Positions 58,163 through 64,000 of a stretch of 64,000 bases of DNA are shown in pieces. A model generated the notes under the pieces. It ran no database searches. It was not told the origin of the DNA and saw only the letters and a program-made list of their open reading frames with translations. Numbering within the stretch: the first letter of the stretch is position 1; every line of letters starts with the position of its first letter. The translations under genes and the position numbers were made by a program. Origin of the DNA: Candidatus Latescibacterota bacterium. Lineage in GTDB: Bacteria; Latescibacterota; UBA2968; UBA8231. Location: assembly GCA_965248355.1 (NCBI GenBank), contig OZ252098.1:1-64000 (forward strand), written 5' to 3'.

Positions 58163-59137
58163 CTAAGGAAACGGCACGTGCTTTGAGTGACCATGCTCGC
58201 GCATCGCCTCAGACATGGCACATAAGTCCGCAGGAGTCGTGCCGCAGCATCCTCCGAGAATACGGACACCCAGATCGAGGAATCGAGGGACCGATTCGGC
58301 GATCAGCTGACCCTTCCTGGACCCGTTGGGTTGGATCATCACCGGCGCCTGCGCGGGGCGATGGGGCGAGGCGAGGATCTGCTCCGCCATTGCCAGGTAA
58401 TCCGACGCATCGAGCGAGTGGCCGCAGTGTGCCCCGACGACATCGGCTCCGGCGTCAATGGCGACCCGGGTCATCTCGTCGAGACTCACGCCTGCGACCT
58501 CATCGGCATGAACCGAGCGATGCGTCCGGAAGTCCCGATGAGTATCGGTTCCGTGATTGGCGTACACCGGCGTTGCCATGACGGGCCAGTCCGCGACTTG
58601 CTTTGAAGCTTCCACCGCCGCGGCCAACTCCAGGGGATCTGCCATGTACTCGACGATGACGGCGTCAGCCCCCGCATCGCGCATGGTCTGAGCCTGTCGT
58701 TTGTATTCCTCGCGCAACACAACCTTTTCCGGACGAACAGACCCTGGCATTTGGCTGATGCAATGGCCGATGTCTCCGAGCACCCAGGCGTCATCACGAC
58801 AGACACCGCGGGCGATCTTCGTGGCCGCTTCAATCAGCTTGACGCTGACACGAGCCGCCTCGGTAAGGGTCTGGACTCGGTCCCACATCAGGACATGGAA
58901 AGAGCTGACCTTGAACGTGTTGGTGAGGATCAGCTGACAACCGGCGTCCACATAATCTCGATGAACCGCCTCGACCACTGCCGGGTGATCGACGTTCCAA
59001 TACCCCGTGCTGAAGCTCATCTCCCTATCGGGGATCAAGCCTCGATTGAAACCCTGCTCCACGAGTTGCGTTTTCATGGCGCCATCACATAGGATCGGCC
59101 CTCGAGCAATGCGTTCCATGAGGTCATTGGCGGGCAT
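58163..59137 (-). CDS. Homocysteine S-methyltransferase family protein
   Basis: LCDGAMKT, H..YVDAG..TNTF, GAHC and GGCCGTTP. Confidence 0.88.
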   Translation of the reverse strand: MPANDLMERIARGPILCDGAMKTQLVEQGFNRGLIPDREMSFSTGYWNVDHPAVVEAVHRDYVDAGCQLILTNTFKVSSFHVLMWDRVQTLTEAARVSVKLIEAATKIARGVCRDDAWVLGDIGHCISQMPGSVRPEKVVLREEYKRQAQTMRDAGADAVIVEYMADPLELAAAVEASKQVADWPVMATPVYANHGTDTHRDFRTHRSVHADEVAGVSLDEMTRVAIDAGADVVGAHCGHSLDASDYLAMAEQILASPHRPAQAPVMIQPNGSRKGQLIAESVPRFLDLGVRILGGCCGTTPADLCAMSEAMREHGHSKHVPFP

Positions 59138-59923
59138 CAGTGCTCCGGCTTCTCCCCGATCTGGGCGAGGCGCTCCCTGGCCTGCTCGTAGGTCGCATCC
59201 GGAAGCGGGCCGGCGCTGGCCGCCGATACGTTGGCCGCGAGGTGATCCGGATCGATCGTGCCAGCGATGGTCGTATGGCAGTCCGGATGGGTCAGCGTAA
59301 ACCGCAACACGAACTCGTGCCGATTCATGCCTTCGGACAGTTCCTCCAATCGAGCACGGTCCCATTTATCCTGGCGCTCGGCGCCTCCCCGATGACCTTT
59401 GGCGACACCGGCACGGATGATGATGCCAGCTCCAAACTCAGCAGCTTCTCTCATCACGTCCTCAAAACGACGATCCAGGGCTGAATAAGGGATCTGAAAG
59501 GTGTCGAAAACACCCATGCGGGCGAATTGCAGGAGATCGAACCCGTCAGTGGAGACACCGAGGAACCGAGTCTTGCCCGACCGTCTCAATTCCTGCAAAA
59601 CCTCGACGAGACCGCCATCCTCGACGTCTTCGACCGTCGCGTTGTGCAACTGCAGCAGGTCCACATGATCGGTTTTCATACGCTGCAGGCTTTCCTCCAT
59701 GTTCTTGCGCAACTGCTCTGCCGTCCAAATGTGCCGGGGTTCGTACCTGACGCCTTCCGGGCCCACGTTGCAACCGCATTTGGTCGCCAGCAGGAACTCA
59801 TCCCGCCGGTGGCTGATGTACCTGCCGATGCGAACCTCACTCAGGCCGTAGTCGGGGGCTGTATCGATGAAGTTGATGCCCGCATCCAACACTGAATTGA
59901 GGACGGCTTCTGCCCGTTGTTCA
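59137..59923 (-). pseudogene. Aldo/keto reductase, 5' end removed at the IS1380 boundary
   Basis: GINFIDTAPDYG.SE, ATKCG, DLLQLH and FQIPYS; N-terminus missing. Confidence 0.85.
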
Positions 59924-61471
59924 CCCTCTGGTTGCATAAGAACAGGGCTTTTTCCTCCTCCGAACGGCCCATTGTCACTTGCGGCGCCCTCTGAAAAAGG
60001 GGTATTTGATACTGTCGACCAAGACATGTATCGACCCCTTTCAGAAGGACACCGCAAGTGAGGTTCAGAAAAGAAGACATTTTGGCCCGTTTTCACAAGC
60101 TCCCGCATCTTCGCTTCGAGGATCAACAGCTGACTTCCTTTGCGGGAGCCATCGTTTTTCAACTGCTCTTCCGGCGCCTGGATCTGAAGACTCGGCTGAA
60201 GTCGTGCTTCCCCGCCAAGAGCTCCGCGATCTTTGGTCCCCATCTCATGGTGTTGTTGCTCATCGTGCATCTGCTGCTGGGCTTCCGGCGGCTGCGAGAC
60301 ATGGACTATTACCGGGACGATCCGGTGGTGCTGCGTCTGTTGGGCTTGCGCCGCCTGCCGGACGTGGCCACCCTCAGTCGCGCCCTCGCAAGAATGGGCC
60401 GTTCGAGTATCGAAAAAGTGCGCCACCTGTCTTCGGTCCTGGTGGTGCAGGCGCTCCAGCGCGAGCGGTTCCCCCGTCTGACCCTCGACTTCGACGGCTC
60501 GGTGATCTCCACTTGTGGTCATGCCGAAGGGACCGCCGTGGGCTATAATCCGAAAAAGAAAGGGGCGCGCAGCTATTACAACCTGTTCTGTACGGTGGCG
60601 CAGACCGGACAGTTCTTCGATGTCCTTCACCGCCCCGGCAACGTCCATGACAGCAAGGACGCCCATGCGTTCATGATGGACGCCTTCGATCGGGTGCGCG
60701 ACGCGCTGGCGCCTACCGTGCTCGAGTCCCGACTCGACAGTGCCTTCTTCAGCCAGGACACGCTCACGCTCCTGGACCTGTATGGCGTCGAATGCACGAT
60801 CAGTGTCCCTTTCGAACGCTTCCCCGTACTCAAGGACCAGATCGAAGCGCGCCAGCGCTGGCGCTTTCTCGATGAACACTGCGCCTATTTCGAGAGTGAC
60901 TGGAAACCCAAACGCTGGCCCGCCTCGTACCGATTTCTCTTGGTCCGCCGTGCGGTCGCGCGTCAGACCAAGGAACCGCTGCAACTGGATCTGTTCGAAC
61001 CCCGGCCCATCGATCATGAGTACCGCGTTCTGGTGACCAACAAGAGGATCTCGGCCCGCCGCGTGCTCCTCTTCCACTATGGCCGCGGCGCCCAGGAAGG
61101 GATCTTCGCCGAGGCCAAGCAACAGGCCGGGCTGGATCTGATCCCCACCCGGCGGCTGCTCGGCAACCAGATGGTGACTTTGTGTGCGATGATGGCCCAC
61201 AATCTGGGACGCGAAATGCAGATGCGGGCGCAGGCGCGATCCAACTATTCGCGCGCCAAACGCCCGGCGGCGTGGACCTTCCAGACCTTGGACACTCTGC
61301 GTCATCGCTTCATTCAGCGCGCCGGGCGCCTCACTCGGCCCAAGGGCGAGTTGACCCTGACCCTGAACTCCAATCCAAAAGTGGAAAAAGATCTGTTGCA
61401 TTTCCTCGAAACACTGAAGGATGCCGCCTGATCACACCACCGCCTTCAAACAGATTTATGCAACGTTAGGG
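59924..61471 (+). mobile_element. IS1380-family insertion sequence
   Basis: IRs CCCTCTGGTTGCATAA (59924-59939) and TTATGCAACGTTAGGG (61456-61471). Confidence 0.88.
60058..61431 (+). CDS. IS1380-family transposase
   Basis: LTSFAG, TLDFDGSV, RPGNVH, RLDSAF and YGRGAQE. Confidence 0.93.
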   Translation: MRFRKEDILARFHKLPHLRFEDQQLTSFAGAIVFQLLFRRLDLKTRLKSCFPAKSSAIFGPHLMVLLLIVHLLLGFRRLRDMDYYRDDPVVLRLLGLRRLPDVATLSRALARMGRSSIEKVRHLSSVLVVQALQRERFPRLTLDFDGSVISTCGHAEGTAVGYNPKKKGARSYYNLFCTVAQTGQFFDVLHRPGNVHDSKDAHAFMMDAFDRVRDALAPTVLESRLDSAFFSQDTLTLLDLYGVECTISVPFERFPVLKDQIEARQRWRFLDEHCAYFESDWKPKRWPASYRFLLVRRAVARQTKEPLQLDLFEPRPIDHEYRVLVTNKRISARRVLLFHYGRGAQEGIFAEAKQQAGLDLIPTRRLLGNQMVTLCAMMAHNLGREMQMRAQARSNYSRAKRPAAWTFQTLDTLRHRFIQRAGRLTRPKGELTLTLNSNPKVEKDLLHFLETLKDAA

Positions 61472-61920
61472 TAAAGATGAAGGGACTGATCGAACTGATC
61501 GTCGACATCGGCTTCAAGGGCGATCGCGCCAAAGCCCGCGACACGCTCGGCCGCGTCTACGAGTACTTCCTCGGCAAGTTTGCCCAGGCCGAGGGCAAGC
61601 TCGGCGGCGAGTTCTTCACGCCGCGCTGCATCGTGCGGCTGCTGGTCGAGATGCTCGAGCCGTACGAGGGCCGCGTCTACGACCCCTGCTGCGGCTCGGC
61701 CGGCATGTTCGTACAGTCCGAGCGCTTCGTGGAAGCCCACGGCGGGCAGAAGACCGACATCTCGATCTTCGGCCAGGAGTCCAATCCTACCACTTGGCGG
61801 CTGGCGCACATGAACCTGACTATCCGCGGCATCGAGGCCAACCTTGGCTCTCAGCCCGCCGACAGCTTCCTGCGCAACCTGCACCCCGACCTCAAGGCCG
61901 ACTACATCCTCGCCAATCCG
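61472..61920 (+). pseudogene. hsdM: Internal fragment of a type I restriction-modification methyltransferase
   Basis: [24 protein letters not shown] and GQESN; truncated at ILANP (NPPF motif). Confidence 0.88.
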
Positions 61921-62268
61921 CTGCGGCGGCCGCACCACGTGCGGCAAGCCGGTGCCCTCCCCGTCGCTCTTCCAGCCGGCGTGCCGCACCGTGACAAAGG
62001 AGCCCTCACAGCGGAAGCTGTGGTAGTCGTCCCCGAGGAACGGATCTTCAGCGAGGATTTCCGTGAGGATGCCGGCCACCGCCGGATGGTCAAGAAGTTC
62101 CTGCAGAGCACCTTGGTAGCCTTGTCTGGCGCCGTCGTAGACTTCGGCCTTCATCGCTTCGATTTCCGCTTCGGACAGGACGGAAGGCAACAGGATCCAA
62201 CCCTGGAGGTCGAAGAAGAACTTCTGCTCTTCGGTCATGGGCACGGGCGCGGCAGTATGGTCGCTCAT
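61921..62268 (-). pseudogene. Phytanoyl-CoA dioxygenase (PhyH)-like protein, N-terminal fragment
   Basis: [27 protein letters not shown]; homology ends where the hsdM fragment begins. Confidence 0.7.
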
Positions 62269-62332
62269 GGTTTCCCCCGTTGGTCGCTTGGAGTGCATCC
62301 GTCGTGGCTCACACTGCAGGGGGCCGGCTTCC

Positions 62333-62758
62333 CTATTCAGCCACCCAGACCCGTCTGAGCGGAACGTCGGGAGACTCGCACACACCGCCATAGATTGTCA
62401 CGGCGGTGATTTTCTCGTTTTGAATCCGGCACAGGTGCACCTCAGTCGCTTCCAGACGTTTGCCATACAACGCTTCGGGCAGTCCGGGAAGAGGCTGGTT
62501 TACAACGCCCTTGTGGCGAAACTCCAAGGCGACCATCTCACCGTCTGCGACGACGTTGAGAATCTCGAGCCGCAGGTCCCGCTCTTCCTCGTGGCAGCCC
62601 CGCCACAGCGCCACCATGTTCTCCGCGCCGCGGATGTCAAGTCCGCCGCCGACCATGGTTGCGTCGTGGGCGTACGTTTCGCGAAGGCGCTTCCAGTCAG
62701 AGGCGAAGGCCGCTTCGAGGGATTCGCGGGCGATACGCGCGTTTACACTGGCAGACAC
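62333..62758 (-). CDS. NTF2/SnoaL-like (ester cyclase) protein
   Basis: [15 protein letters not shown] and RIQNEKI; GTG start. Confidence 0.75.
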   Translation of the reverse strand: MSASVNARIARESLEAAFASDWKRLRETYAHDATMVGGGLDIRGAENMVALWRGCHEEERDLRLEILNVVADGEMVALEFRHKGVVNQPLPGLPEALYGKRLEATEVHLCRIQNEKITAVTIYGGVCESPDVPLRRVWVAE

Positions 62759-62761
62759 TGG

Positions 62762-63829
62762 TCAATCCTCTTTGAACGCGGGCGCGACGTGTTCCGAGAA
62801 CATCCGAAGAGATTTGCAGACCAGGTCGGGGCTCAGGTCTCCAATGCGGGTCCACCCCATGAAGTTCTGCAGTCCCGTGTGTCTCTGGATCCAGCCGATC
62901 TTGTCGGCGACAAAGTCCGGATCGCCTACGATGGCGTGATCGGCCAGGATCTCGTCGAAGGTGATGTTCGAGAACTTCTGTTTCAGTCCCTGATAGAATT
63001 CCATCTGACCGGGAGGCGCCATTTCCGGCGGCGGCGCGATCACCTCGGCAAGCAGGGTGCGGAAGTACCACATGAGTTGGTCGTGGCAATCCTCCCGGGC
63101 TTTCTGGCTGGTTTCGGCCACATAGAGGAACCTCGCCAGGGGGAAGTCCAGTTTGCCCGACATTCCGCACGCGTCCGCGGTCTTGTGGTACGACTCGTAG
63201 AGCTGGAAAACCTCGTCGTAGGGGTGCAGGAACGAGGTCAGGACGTTGTAGCCGTTCTTTATGACCCATTCGTACGTGGAGGGACTCACCGCCGCAACGT
63301 AGACCGGCGGGTGGGGCTGTTGTACGGGCTTCGGGATTACGTTGACTCTCCTGACCTTGTGAAACTTGCCGTCGTATTCGAGAGGGCCCTTCCAGGCTTT
63401 CAGGATGATATCCAGTTCTTCCTGAAACCGGTCGCGGCTTTCCTCGAGGTCGATTCCCCAGTTGTAGAATTCCTCGGCCTGATAACCGCGCCCCACGCCG
63501 AAGAGGAGCCGCCCTTTCGACATGATATCAACGGTGGCGAAGTCTTCCGCGACAATGACGGGATTGTGGAAGGGCAGCACGACAACCGCGGTGCCGATTT
63601 TAATGCGTTCGGTAATGGCCGACGCGTACGCGGCCATGGCATGGATGGACGAGGTGATCGAATAGTAGTTGGCCCCCGGCGCCTTGTGGTCGAAGTGGTG
63701 TTCCGCCAGCCAGATGGCGTCCCAGCCCGTTTCGTCCATGAGTTTGAACTGTTCGAACGCTTCGTGATAAACTTGCGCGTGGTCCTTGCCGGGCGGGGTT
63801 TCCAGCAGATAGAACTGGCCGAATTGCAT
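62762..63829 (-). CDS. LLM-class flavin-dependent oxidoreductase
   Basis: WLAEHHF, VAEDFATVD..GRL..GVGRGY and PKPVQQPHPP. Confidence 0.95.
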   Translation of the reverse strand: MQFGQFYLLETPPGKDHAQVYHEAFEQFKLMDETGWDAIWLAEHHFDHKAPGANYYSITSSIHAMAAYASAITERIKIGTAVVVLPFHNPVIVAEDFATVDIMSKGRLLFGVGRGYQAEEFYNWGIDLEESRDRFQEELDIILKAWKGPLEYDGKFHKVRRVNVIPKPVQQPHPPVYVAAVSPSTYEWVIKNGYNVLTSFLHPYDEVFQLYESYHKTADACGMSGKLDFPLARFLYVAETSQKAREDCHDQLMWYFRTLLAEVIAPPPEMAPPGQMEFYQGLKQKFSNITFDEILADHAIVGDPDFVADKIGWIQRHTGLQNFMGWTRIGDLSPDLVCKSLRMFSEHVAPAFKED

Positions 63830-63865
63830 GGAAGTCTCCTTCGCTGAAACGGTTGTCAAGGGTCC

Positions 63866-63910
63866 GCCGGTCAGGGCGGCGACGATCCGCAGGCGCCCGC
63901 CACAGGCCGC
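63866..63910 (-). mobile_element. Short remnant of a diverged ISCR transposase
   Basis: Encodes AACGGRLRIVAALT versus AACGGRLRIIAALT in the 54865-56291 transposase. Confidence 0.6.
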
Positions 63911-63912
63911 CC

Positions 63913-64000
63913 TTACAGCGCCCTCCCGACGCGGCCCATCCAGGCTCTCAGATCCATGGCCAGGCTGAGGAACGTAGGCACCAGAAAGAGGGTGAACAGC
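63913..64000 (-). CDS. 3' end of an RND transporter gene, runs off the window end
   Basis: [28 protein letters not shown]; homologous to 47890-47977. Confidence 0.7.
   Translation of the reverse strand, partial: LFTLFLVPTFLSLAMDLRAWMGRVGRAL

Noticed and set aside
59137-61401. 754-aa minus-strand ORF as a novel AKR fusion
   Set aside because: It is the antisense of the IS1380 transposase reading into the truncated AKR.
1-64000. tRNA, rRNA, integron integrase/attC array, prophage
   Set aside because: None recognised by eye; covariance-model and IntegronFinder scans would be needed to exclude them fully.

Overview
High-GC bacterial window. The gene repertoire (internalin-like LRR lipoprotein, NHL and FlgD-type C-terminal remnants, a TWGxxK C-terminal motif, sulfatase, sialidase and propeller hydrolases, PhyH and LLM oxidoreductases) resembles marine or sponge-associated Latescibacterota-like bacteria; this taxonomy is inferred, not proven. 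Bases 1 to about 43,900 are mostly metabolic backbone: a BlaI/M56 regulatory module with a paired palindromic operator, mqnB-mqnD, sugar dehydrogenases and isomerases, ppk1 plus a GlmU-like gene, a thiolase/DUF35/acyl-CoA ligase/SDR cluster and several uncharacterised glycosidase-like proteins, with a few decayed insertions. From about 44,100 to the end the sequence is visibly less GC-rich and mosaic. It begins with a glycine-betaine methylation operon (GSMT-SDMT-BCCT). A ~16 kb segment follows, bracketed by two copies of an RND-transporter 3' end. It holds IS256, IS1380, an ISCR/IS91-type rolling-circle transposase, a 539-bp duplicate of that element's oriIS end, two toxin-antitoxin modules and many gene scraps. 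The most unusual structure is a purple-acid-phosphatase-HEAT gene flanked by 27-bp oriIS-like direct repeats and nested between the two ISCR oriIS copies, suggesting HUH-transposase-driven cassette capture. No rRNA, tRNA or CRISPR array was recognised. Some single-base frameshifts may be assembly errors.
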